A stretch of DNA of 64,000 nucleotides from Macrostomum hystrix (taxonomy: Eukaryota > Animalia > Platyhelminthes), in NCBI GenBank assembly GCA_950097015.1, contig CATNEN010000032.1, positions 1,116,001 through 1,180,000 of the forward strand, in the 5' to 3' direction. Made by a program: the position numbers and the translations under genes. Below are positions 48,435 through 58,734 of the stretch, piece after piece. Below the pieces are notes generated by a model. It ran no database searches. It saw nothing but the letters and a program-made list of their open reading frames with translations, and was not told the DNA's origin. The first letter of the stretch is position 1. Every line of letters begins with the position of its first letter.

Positions 48435-49795
48435 TTTGAAGAACACTGAAAATAGGGAAAACAAAGGGTGAATGTTGTTATGCTTTATAATTTTATCATT
48501 GATAAAATATTACTAAATTTCAATGGATATGCAACAAACAACATACTATAATAAGTTTTCTAACATATCTTATATATATTTTTTAAACACATGTTTCTTT
48601 GTAACAAAAATAAAAAAAGGACTGAAATTATTAACTTATAGGGAAAAGTAACTTCATATTATGTTAGTATTACTGTTAATATTGCTATTATTTAGGGCAG
48701 CATAGTTTGAAACATCTCGAATATCTAGTAAAAATCTGCGAAATCGATTTTTAAAAGCTAAGAGCCAGAGCCAAGGGAATATAATTCTATATTTTTCATA
48801 GCTAGTTAGAATGTAAATAACATTTAAAATGAGTGATCATATTATACTGACCTAGCGATTTTAATAAAAGCAACACAGTAGATAGAAATGTTTTGATTAA
48901 ATATATTAACTTTTTTTATTACTGAAACAAAGATACTGTCACTGTTTTATTCTTTAGTTAATTTCAGAAAAACAGCAAACAAAATTACCCAGAATAAAAA
49001 GTACCCACTTAGCTAATAAATAGTTGTCTATTGTAATAAATACTAAATAAACAAAGCTACAACAAGTTAAAAACCGAAGAATAGCAAGAAAACTACAAAA
49101 CGGGTCAAATAGCATATGCCCTTTTATATAGTCTGGAGCATATTATTTATAAATATAAAGTATATATAATAATGAATCATAGAGCTTGTGTGACAGCAAT
49201 GAGAATAAGTTATAAGAGAATAGCAGCAATTTGCTAGTAGTAAACCGTTCACAATAAAAAGTGGCAGACTGCTCTATTGGCGAAAATTCAATTACGAAAC
49301 TTTGACTCTCCTTTGCATTCGGCAAACAAGTCTATCTATGATCTATTAGCAACTAGTGTGTATTTCTGAGTTCTAGGAAAATGTCAATTTTAAAAATAGG
49401 ACCTTATGTTGTAAGCATAAAAACAAATGCATTTGAATGCATTTGACGGTTGTACATTAACCCAAAGTTGCTAAAAAGGACTTTAGAAACATTTGCTAAT
49501 AAAAGGAAGAAACATCCTTCTGTAGAGAGCAGCACGATAATTTGTTCTGTGCGAAACACAGTGCTGTACGTGGCGTAAAGAGAACGGGCCGCGCATCTTC
49601 GATCTGGGGGCGCCACATAGGTTCGTCAGCCGATTATGCGGGGCGCCATAATGGGGGCCAAAAACCCTTGCCCCCCTGGCTACGCCTTTGGTGCTGACAA
49701 CAGGTTAACACTATAAGGGCAATTCAGAGCGACTAATATTGACTCTTATTTGTTTGTGAACTTTTAATATACTTTCTATAGGTATGCGCTCTTAG

Positions 49796-51467
49796 TGTAG
49801 TGCGCTGCGTATATTATATGCATTTGTTTACCATTAGCAGGTTTCTGACTGTACAGGCTACGTACACCTGACTACCAGGTGCAAGTGAGCGGGCTGAGGT
49901 GGGTGTCGCACAGCCCGGAATTATATAAATTTAAGCCAAATCAGGGCTAAATTCTAAACGCTGATTTCACACAGCCAAATTTCAACCTAGTATTGATCTA
50001 GTATTACATTGCGTCGCAAGTATAACATAACAGAGCCGGAATCTTTGAGTTAATTTGGACCTGCACATGCAGCCGGCACACACTATAGCAGAGATAAACG
50101 GCAGCAGACTGTCTGTATTGATCATGATGGACAGCGGAGCAGCTCGCAATGTGATCAACCCCGGCCAGAGCCACGTTCGAGAGTTTACGACAAATTTACG
50201 ATCAGACAGGCTGTTCGCATATGGATCGGACCGACCGATCCAACTATAGTGGGCCAGGCGGCAAAGGCTATCAATCAAGGCAGCAGGTACAGCTCTAGAT
50301 CTCAGAAGCTGAGCGGGGGTTGACAGTCTCCTCAGCGCTGGCGCGCCCCCCGAATGCCTAGCGAGGGATCCGTACCAACGCACACACACACAAAGTCCTG
50401 ATTTGTTCCTCAACTGAGTCCGGCTGCTTCCTGGCGAGCTATGGCGTCAAGCACCACCTCATTATGCCCTAACTACCTGGCTGCCAACGGCATGAAAAAG
50501 GAACGGCTGAACCGCTCCATTCAACAAAGTTGTGGGTGCGGCCATCGAAGAGCGGAGAGACTGGAAAGCCGCACGACAACTGGCTTCTAAACCTACCGAA
50601 ATGGTCACCGGGCGCATGCCAGCCGAGCTACTTATGGGCCGGCAGCCAAGCCACGTCATCCTGGCCGCGTGGCCCTCTCCCAGAGAGTCTGCTTCAACGA
50701 ACATCAGGTGTGAGAGACAGACACCATGAAATGCCAAGGCCGTGTTGAAAGCAACGAGCAGCAGGTACTCTAGATCTCAGATGCTGAGCGGGGGTTGACA
50801 GTTTCCTTGCAGTCTCCTCCATCACAAGCCGGCGACCACGACGGCACGAAATCCATGCAGGTCCGCCCAGCTCCATCCGCCCAGCTCTACTGCCGAGCAG
50901 GGCGCACCGTCGGATGTCTAGCTCTGCGCCCCAACCCACGAGCTGCCAGAGACCGTGTGGTGTAGTACAAGGATTAAGAACCCAGTGCAGAGACGTAAAT
51001 TCACGCTGACTAAACGTTTTTTATTGTCGATGTGCAATAATTTGTGCGTCAATATTTTATTTCCTTTCCTTTTAGCGATAAGTTTCTTTCGTTCTTTTGG
51101 CAGTATTTGAAATAAATTCAAATAAAGCTTTATAATTTTTTTTAAATTTATTTCCTTTCGATGCATTCGATGTTGAGATGTGTGCCCTGCTTATAATGCC
51201 CTTCTTTACCATTAGCTCGTATGATGTACGCTAGGCTATATCGTATACCTTACTAACAAGGTGCAATTGTACGTGAGCGGACTGAGGTGGGTGTGTCGCC
51301 TTGAATATATAGATTTACGCCCAATTAGGGCCAAATTTAAGTTGCAGCAGTATAAGTTTAAGGATAATTTGAAATAAACTCGCTTTCGTTTTATCATAGC
51401 TTCGAGTAAATATCGAGCAGTATATAATTTTTCTGGATGTTGCAGTCTCCTATAACTCCACAAGGGG
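49796..51467 (+). mobile_element. Decayed, internally deleted Ty3/Gypsy LTR retrotransposon
   Basis: Aspartic protease motif IMMDSGAARNVI (about 50120-50155). Frameshifted integrase remnants FLASYGVKHHL...ANG...RLNRSI...TGRMPAELLMGRQP (about 50425-50660). Diverged LTR-like repeats at about 49796-50008 (tgtag...ttaca) and 51180-51467 share tttaccattagc and gtgagcgg.ctgaggtgggtgt. Confidence 0.7.
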
Positions 51468-51931
51468 TCGCAAGTGGTAAAGTTCACATCTAATGGAGAT
51501 CACTTGAAGCACGAGAGGAACTAAAGTGTCCCTTGTTCCAAACGAGTACTACTAAAAATAGCATATAAATTTAGTAGTCATTTTTGTATCTCCTTTATGA
51601 GTTGTTTGTTCCAGATCCTGCTTAAGAAATATAATGTTCGATTTGAAAGTAAATAAACAAATATTCGCGTACTGCTACATTTTATTGACAAGAAAAAATC
51701 TAACTGCCAAGTTTTTAACAAACGTTGGTTTTCTTGTATTCAAATTTTTCATATTTTTTGTAAGCGAAAACGAAAATTTGAAAATTTTATGGTACAAACT
51801 AATATGTGTAATGTGCTGATGATGGTAATTGCGATAAAACTCACTGTGTTCGTTTTTTATACTACTCTGTTCAAAAAGCAGCACATTCTGTGGTAAATCA
51901 GTGTTTGAAATTCTACAAACGTAGGTATACT

Positions 51932-51980
51932 ATGATTATTTCTAGAGAAGAAGCACTCAGAATTTTGTGTGTATCACCTG
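51932..51980 (+). CDS. J-domain/TPR/RRM protein, exon 1 of 8 (MIISREEALRILCVSP)
   Basis: J-domain helix I-like sequence; donor CCTG|GTGAGT, phase 1, matches exon 2. Confidence 0.7.
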
Positions 51981-52520
51981 GTGAGTACTTTGTATTAGTG
52001 TTACCGTATGTTTATTATGTTTACATTTGTGGCTTTTACTTTAACCTATAAATATCCTAAATAAGTAGTCCTGTTTATTTTTCAATTACCTAGCTACTTA
52101 TATCTATAATTACTAAATTTGTTTTGTCTTTGCTATAATTCAATAGACAATGTGGAACCAAAGAATTAGAACTCAAATTAGTCTCCAGTGAGATTTTTGA
52201 AAGTGAAAATGTGTAATATATATTTATATCTTGTCAAGGAAGATTATGCAATTAAAAAAAATTAGTAGGCCTATGTGTTTAACTGTTAATTTGTTTTTTT
52301 AATTTTGGCCCTTAGAAATCTAGTAGATTTAAATTGAAAGATGCTAGTAAAATTAACAGTCGATTCTTTAGGACAGCCCAATAATTATATGCAATTTAGT
52401 TTAGGATATGGAAATTTTCTCATGGAACTAAATTTTCATAGACAGAGTTTTACCTTAAGATACATTTTTATCTTTAGCAATATATAAATGTGTTTATCAA
52501 TAGACTGTCTTCATCTATAG

Positions 52521-53460
52521 CAGGGGTGGGCAAACTTATTTGCTGGCGGGCCAAAGAGAGAGCCTAAAAGACGACAGCGGGCCGCATTGACTGTATAAAT
52601 ATGAGATAGGGGAGAGATGAGACACGGGAGAGATGAGACACAGGAAAGATGGGACACGAGAGAGATGAGACACGGGAGAGATTAGACACGGGAGAGATTA
52701 GACACGGGAGAGATGAGACAGGACACTGTAGATGTCAGAAGGGGCAACAGGCCGGATTTGGGAGGAAAGATGGGACACGAGAGAGATGAGACACGGGAGA
52801 GATTAGACACGGGAGAGATTAGACACGGGAGAGATTAGACACGGGAGAGATTAGACACGGGAGAGATTAGACAGGGAAGAGATTAGACACGGGAGAGATT
52901 AGACAGGGAAGAGATTAGACACGGGAGAGATTAAACACGGGAGAGATTAGACACGGGAGAAATTAGACACGGGAGAGACTAGACACGGGAGAGATTAGAC
53001 ACGGGAGAGATTAGACACGGGAGAGACTAGACACGGGAGAGATTAGATACGAGAGCGATGAGACACGGGAGAGATTAGACACGGGAGAAATTAGACACGG
53101 GAGAGACTAGACATGGGAGAGATTAGATACGAGAGCGATGAGACACGGGAGAGATTAGACACGGGAGAAATTAGACACGGGAGAGATTAGACACGGGAGA
53201 GATAAGACAGGGAAGAGATTAGATACGAGAGCGATGAGACACGGGAGAGATTAGACACGGGAGAAATTAGACACGGGAGAGATTAGACACGGGAGAGATA
53301 AGACAGGGAAGAGATTAGATACGAGAGCGATGAGACACGGGAGATATTAGACACGAGAGAGATGAAACAGGACACTGTAGATGTCAGAAGGGGCAACGGG
53401 CCGGATTTGGGAGCTTCGAGGGCCGCATCTGGCCCGCGGGCCGGAGTTTGCCCACCCCTG
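52521..53460. mobile_element. hAT-superfamily MITE, copy 2 (opposite orientation to copy 1), with expanded internal minisatellite
   Basis: TIRs caggggtgggcaaact ... agtttgcccacccctg; perfect 8-bp TSD atctatag (52513-52520 and 53461-53468); arms homologous to 44330-45116. Confidence 0.93.
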
Positions 53461-53765
53461 ATCTATAGCTATCTTATTGACATGTTCTATATTTTTGTAG
53501 AATTTAGTAATATGTTTATGATCTATAACACAAAAATTATTAATAATTCCTGAAATTAATTTTTGCTACTTTAGTTAAAGATTTTCTAAAAACTTTTTTG
53601 TTTGTTTTATTTTTCTTCTACTTGTCTAATGCCTATAGTTTGTAAAAAACATTGAAGAGTAAATGGCCTGATACAACAGTTGTGCTGTTATTTTTTAAGT
53701 TTCAAAGTAAAGATAATCATGTAATTAATTATTTAATATATATGAACAATCAAAATTCCTTTCAG

Positions 53766-53863
53766 ATGCCACAGAAGGGCAGATTAAGGCTTCATATAGA
53801 AAGCTTGCTCTACAGTTCCATCCAGATAAATGCTCCCCAAATGAGAGGGAGGCTGCAACTAAG
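53766..53863 (+). CDS. J-domain/TPR/RRM protein, exon 2: J-domain helix II and HPD motif
   Basis: DATEGQIKASYRKLALQFHPDKCSPNEREAATK; canonical AG/GT sites. Confidence 0.9.
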
Positions 53864-53955
53864 GTTTGTGTATATGTGCCAATGTTTTGTTTTATTCTAT
53901 TTAGCCATTGTATTTTTGTTCTGATTGCTTCATGCACTGAAATGGACTTTTTTAG

Positions 53956-54085
53956 AAATTTCAAGAGATTTCTCTTGCCTACAAGAAGCTAACAAGCACA
54001 GATGATGAAGTGGATCGTTTGATGTATCAGTTCCAGAATCCAGATTTTATATGGATTTTAATTAATGCCATGACTAGAATGGACT
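53956..54085 (+). CDS. J-domain/TPR/RRM protein, exon 3: J-domain helix III/IV
   Basis: KFQEISLAYKKLTS...; tttttag acceptor, T|GTAAGT donor. Confidence 0.88.
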
Positions 54086-54274
54086 GTAAGTTCTCAGATT
54101 TTTATTTGCTTCAGTTAATATTTATGTAAACTGAGTCATGTCTTATTTTAATTACTTTATTTTAGTGATCATATCTTATAATATTGAATAATATATTATC
54201 AACATATTATTTTATCACCATGAATTTTGAAGGTAATAAATTATGTTTCAAAATCGCCTCACTTTGAATTTCAG

Positions 54275-54325
54275 TTCCCGTATTCTATTCAGATGGTACA
54301 GATGATGATGGAGAATTTTCAGATG
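54275..54325 (+). CDS. J-domain/TPR/RRM protein, exon 4 (acidic, 51 nt)
   Basis: FPVFYSDGTDDDGEFSD; phase 1/1; alternative in-frame acceptor at 54293. Confidence 0.7.
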
Positions 54326-54665
54326 GTAAGCCATTATTTCTGTTGGACCCTCTCCCAGAATTTTTAAATCTAATCATTGCGCCTAACACATTAGAATCAT
54401 GTATACAGAGAACTATATCAAGGAAATGGTCAAAAAGGATTAATGATTCCCAAGTTCAATCCAATAACCTTAATCCTCCCTTTGTTTCCGCTGATGGAGT
54501 TTATTTTGTTTTTAGTCTTTAGTGGCTACAGTTAGAAACAAGTGAAGGTATGGGCTAAATATATTAAAAAATTCTTATAAAAGTGCATTTCAAAGCTGTG
54601 AGAACTTGAAACTAGAATCACGGATCCATGGTTTATCAAGCATCATACATTTTACCATTATTCAG

Positions 54666-54814
54666 ATGACTCTGATTACGACAACGATGACGATCGATGG
54701 TGTCACAACTGCGGCTTCTCTGCGTACTACTTTAACAGGAGTTGTCCAAGATGCGGCTGTCAACGAAGACGTGAGGCATCCCCTGAATTGCGATGGAACT
54801 CTCTGCCGCCCGAG
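54666..54814 (+). CDS. J-domain/TPR/RRM protein, exon 5: C4 zinc ribbon (RanBP2-like spacing)
   Basis: RWCHNCGFSAYYFNRSCPRCG = C-x2-C-x10-C-x2-C; phase 1 to phase 0. Confidence 0.8.
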
Positions 54815-54877
54815 GTGAATTTGAACTTCTTATCTTTAATATTTTCGTATTGTTTGAAAACGTCCTGGGCAACTCAT

Positions 54878-56148
54878 GATCAGTTAGGAAAGGGAGCTAA
54901 CCAATGATCAGGTAGGAAAGGGAACTAACCAATGATCAGGTAGGAAAGGGAGCTAACCAATGATCAGGTAGGAAAGGGAGCTAACCAATGATCAGGTAGG
55001 AAAGGGAGCTAACCAATGATCAGGTAGGAAAGGGAGCTAACCAATGATCAGGTAGGATAGGGAGCTAACCAATGATCAGGTAGGAAAGGGAGCTAACCAA
55101 TGATCAGGTAGGAAAGGGAGCTAACCAATGATCAGGTAGGATAGGGAGCTAACCAATGATCAGGTAGGAAAGGGAGCTAACCAATGATCAGGTAGGAAAG
55201 GGAGCTAACCAATGATCAGGTAGGATAGGGAGCTAACCAATGATCAGGTAGGAAAGGGAATTAACCAATGATCAGGTAAAATAGAGAACTAACCAATGAT
55301 CAGGTAGGAAAGGGAACTAACCAATGATCAGGTAGGATAGGGAGCTAACCAATGATCAGTTAGGAAAGGGAGCTAACCAATGATCAGGTAGGATAGGGTG
55401 CTAACCAATGATCAGGTAGGAAAGGGAACTAACCAATGATCAGGTAGGATAGGGAGCTAACCAATGATCAGGTAGGATAGGGAGCTAACCAATGATCAGG
55501 TAGGAAAGGGAACTAACCAATGATCAGGTAAAATAGAGAACTAACCAATGATCAGGTAAAATAGAGAACTAACCAATGATCAGGTAAAACAGAGAACTAA
55601 CCAATGATCAGGTAGGATAGGGAACTAACCAATGATCAGGTAAAATAGAGAACTAACCAATGATCAGGTAGGATAGGGAACTAACCAATGATCAGGTAAA
55701 ACAGAGAACTAACCAATGATCAGGTAGGATAGGGAACTAACCAATGATCAGGTAAAACAGAGAACTAACCAATGATCAGGTAGGATAGGGAACTAACCAA
55801 TGATCAGGTAAAATAGAGAACTAACCAATGATCAGGTAGGATAGGGAACTAACCAATGATCAGGTAAAATAGAGAACTAACCAATGATCAGGTAGGATAG
55901 GGAACTAACCAATGATCAGGTAAAACAGAGAACTAACCAATGATCAGGTAAAACAGAGAACTAACCAATGATCAGGTAAAATAGAGAACTAACCAATGAT
56001 CAGGTAGGATAGGGAACTAACCAATGATCAGGTAAAACAGAGAACTAACCAATGATCAGGTAGGATAGGGAACTAACCAATGATCAGGTAAAATAGAGAA
56101 CTAACCAATGATCAGGTAAGAAAAGGAACCAATGATCAGGTAGAAAAT
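54878..56148. repeat. 28-bp minisatellite (ggtaggaaagggagctaaccaatgatca), about 45 copies, intronic
   Basis: In the 3' half two unit variants largely alternate. Confidence 0.97.
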
Positions 56149-56177
56149 AGAACAAACAAAAGACTACCCCCTTCTAG

Positions 56178-56537
56178 GAGGTAGAGAAGCGCGCCAAGGA
56201 GCTCGTTGAGGCCGAAGAGCGGGAGAAGCAGCGCGTCATGCGGAAGCAAGAGAAAAGGCGCAAAAAGCGACAGCGCAAGGGCAAGAAAAAGCAGGAGCAG
56301 CATCAGGCGACCGGTGACGCGGCTGCTAAGAAGACGGTCAGGCAGGAGGTAAAGAAATCGGAGGCTGCGACAGTTCAGAAGGAGCAGGTGCAAGTTGACT
56401 CTATGAAAGCTCAGGTGGCCAAAGCTGAGGCTGCTGTTGCTGCTGCTGCTGCTTCTTCTGCTTCTTCTGCGGAAGATGATGACAACATATCGAAGGATTC
56501 TAACGATGAAAGTGACTCAATTGCCGTTATAGAAGAG
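56178..56537 (+). CDS. J-domain/TPR/RRM protein, exon 6: charged coiled coil / basic NLS-like stretch (TTC31-like)
   Basis: EVEKRAKELVEAEEREKQRVMRKQEKRRKKRQRKGKKK; phase 0/0. Confidence 0.85.
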
Positions 56538-56623
56538 GTGAGAAGAAATAAAGGAAGAAAGGATCGTTTACCTGTACAGGGTCCATTTACCTGATTGACT
56601 TAGCACTTTTCCTTCACCTTTAG

Positions 56624-57601
56624 GAGGATTTCGATGAGAACTGCGCATTTGTGTCTAGACACGTATCTAGGCAGCAGCAGCCGCATCAGCGTCAGACTTA
56701 CCTGCCAGTGCAACGTCAACAGGCCTCTCCTCAGCAGGTACAGTCACCACCACCTCGCCAGCAACAGCAGCAGCAGCAGACACCGCCGCGCCCAAAGCCT
56801 CACCAGAATCCGCCGGCCCCTCATCAGCTAATGTCGTTGCATATTTCGCCTAAGTCGCAAATGCCAACGCACCACTGGCATGAGCAAGAGCAGCAGCAGC
56901 AGCCGGTTATCCCAGTTGATCCAGTTATGGAGGCCAGACGGCTCGCCAAGGAAGGCAATCGTTTGATGTCGCCGCCGTTAAATGATTTTGCATCGGCTGC
57001 TAACGAATTCAGCTCCGCCATCAGGCTAGACCCCACAGACTGTCGCTACTACGGCAGTCGGGCCGTGTGCCGCTACCAGCTTGGCGAGCTTGAGCAGTGC
57101 GCTGCTGACGCTGAGAAGTCTGTCCAGCTCAGTCCGCAGTACGCCAAAGGTTTCTACACCAGAGGCCTGGCCCAGGCCGGCCTGGGTATGTACGCCGAGG
57201 CGGCCGCCAGCTTCGCCTGGGTGTCCGCGCTGGACCCGGACGGCTGCGGCGATGCCAGAGAGCGAATGCGCGAAGCCCAGGTTGCATGCCTAGTTGAGGG
57301 CCTTGGCTTCGATCGGGGCCTATGCAATCGAGTCCTGGATCTGGCCAATGGCGATATTGAAGCGGCGGCCAACAGGCTCCTAGCTGGGTGCTCCACCGCC
57401 GCTGGCTCCTCGTACACTGACAGCGCAGCCCCCAGATCCTTCTCTAATAGCGTGCTGCGCCTGCAGAATCAGCAGCAGCAGCAGCAGCAGGATCTAGCTG
57501 GCAAGCCAGTGACCCAGGCTAGCAACAGCAAGCATGCCAAGCAGAATGCTAGCATCTATCATAAGAGTCCACCAAAACAAAAGGAGCAGCAGCAGACGAA
57601 G
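56624..57601 (+). CDS. J-domain/TPR/RRM protein, exon 7: Q/P-rich region, three TPR motifs, UBA-like helix bundle
   Basis: ARRLAKEGNRLM...AANEFSSAIRLDPTDCRYYGSRAVCRYQLGELEQCAADAEKSVQLSPQYAKGFYTRGLAQAGLGMYAEAAASF (TPR); LVEGLGFDRGLCNRVLDLANGDIEAAANRLL (UBA-like). Confidence 0.92.
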
Positions 57602-57662
57602 GTGAGTAATTTAATCCATTCCGAGCAAAGTTAGAAGTGACTTTGCAAAGTTAGAATTTCAC

Positions 57663-58147
57663 GTGTAGTGAAATTTACGGCCTTGAGGGCCAACCTCGAA
57701 AGCACAGTGAGAGTGCACACTGCCTGATGATGAGAAAGTCAGGGCAGATGTACACAGGAGTATGAGCGTGTGCCTGCGTACGGTATCTGTGTGCGTGTGC
57801 TCTGGAGTCAGCAGAATGGGCAGAATTGGCGCTGGCTGCGGGTCTAGTGTCACCAGATGATGAGCGATTGCCCGTAGCCCTCGGGTCTAGTGTCACCAGA
57901 TGATGAGCGATTGCCCGTAGCCCTCGGGTCTAGTGTCACCAGATGATGAGCGATTGCCCGTAGCCCTCGGGTCTAGTGTCACCAGATGATGAGCGATTGC
58001 CCGTAGCCCTCGGGTCTAGTGTCACCAGATGATGAGCCATTGCCCGTAGCCCTCGGGTCTAGTGTCACCAGATGATGAGCGATTGCCCGTAGCCCTCGGG
58101 TCTAGTGTCACCAGATGATGAGCGATTGCCCGTAGCCCTCTTGCAAT
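57663..58147 (+). mobile_element. 5'-truncated copy of the 33393-33728 SINE whose 3' 43 bp are tandemly amplified about 7 times (57840-58140)
   Basis: Body aligns with 33516-33715; unit gggtctagtgtcaccagatgatgagcgattgcccgtagccctc is homologous to the single-copy SINE end. Confidence 0.88.
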
Positions 58148-58189
58148 GAAATATTTCATTTTCGAATTTATCCCACTGAAAACTGACAG

Positions 58190-58435
58190 CGCCTGCCGGA
58201 AAATCCTCAAAACTGTCGCTCGCTGTGGGTTGGCAGCGTCAAAGCCGACGTTACCGAGGTGCATCTGCGCGAAGCCTTTAGCGCCTTCGGCCGGGTGCTG
58301 TCAGTCAAGCTGTGCAGTCGGAATTGCTACGCTTTTGTTAACATGGACACGCCGCAGGCTGCCACGGCTGCTAGAGCTGGCCTGAACGGACAGGTTCTTG
58401 GCTCGCATAGGATTGTTGTTCGGTATCAGACCTGA
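58190..58435 (+). CDS. J-domain/TPR/RRM protein, exon 8: RRM domain and stop; full protein about 686 aa
   Basis: SLWVGSV (RNP2)...LREAFSAFGRVLSVKL...CYAFVNM (RNP1)...LNGQVLGSHRIVVRY; TGA at 58433-58435. A GT at the CG|GTATCA just before the stop could allow a further exon. Confidence 0.88.
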   Translation, partial: RLPENPQNCRSLWVGSVKADVTEVHLREAFSAFGRVLSVKLCSRNCYAFVNMDTPQAATAARAGLNGQVLGSHRIVVRYQT

Positions 58436-58734
58436 TTCATATTTGTGAGTGTGACTTCTCAAGTAGGATTGGAACAAATTATTGTGTTCTTTTTTTAAAG
58501 TTTCTTTACTGCTCATGTTTTTCGGTGCATCAGGTTCGATTTGGAATAATGTTTTAATCAAAGTATTAGGCAGAAAGAGAAGGGGTGTACTTTGCTGGTC
58601 TCACGCAAATTTGTTGTGATTACTTTTTTTATTATGTATATAATTACGGTAGGTAATGTTTTTTAATTTAGGTCAGACATTTTATCTACCCAACAGTGAT
58701 TTTGGTTATAGCGTTATATAGCGTTAATATAGAT

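Noticed and set aside
44330-53460. Composite transposon formed by the two MITEs
   Set aside because: Each copy has its own distinct 8-bp TSD, so they inserted independently.
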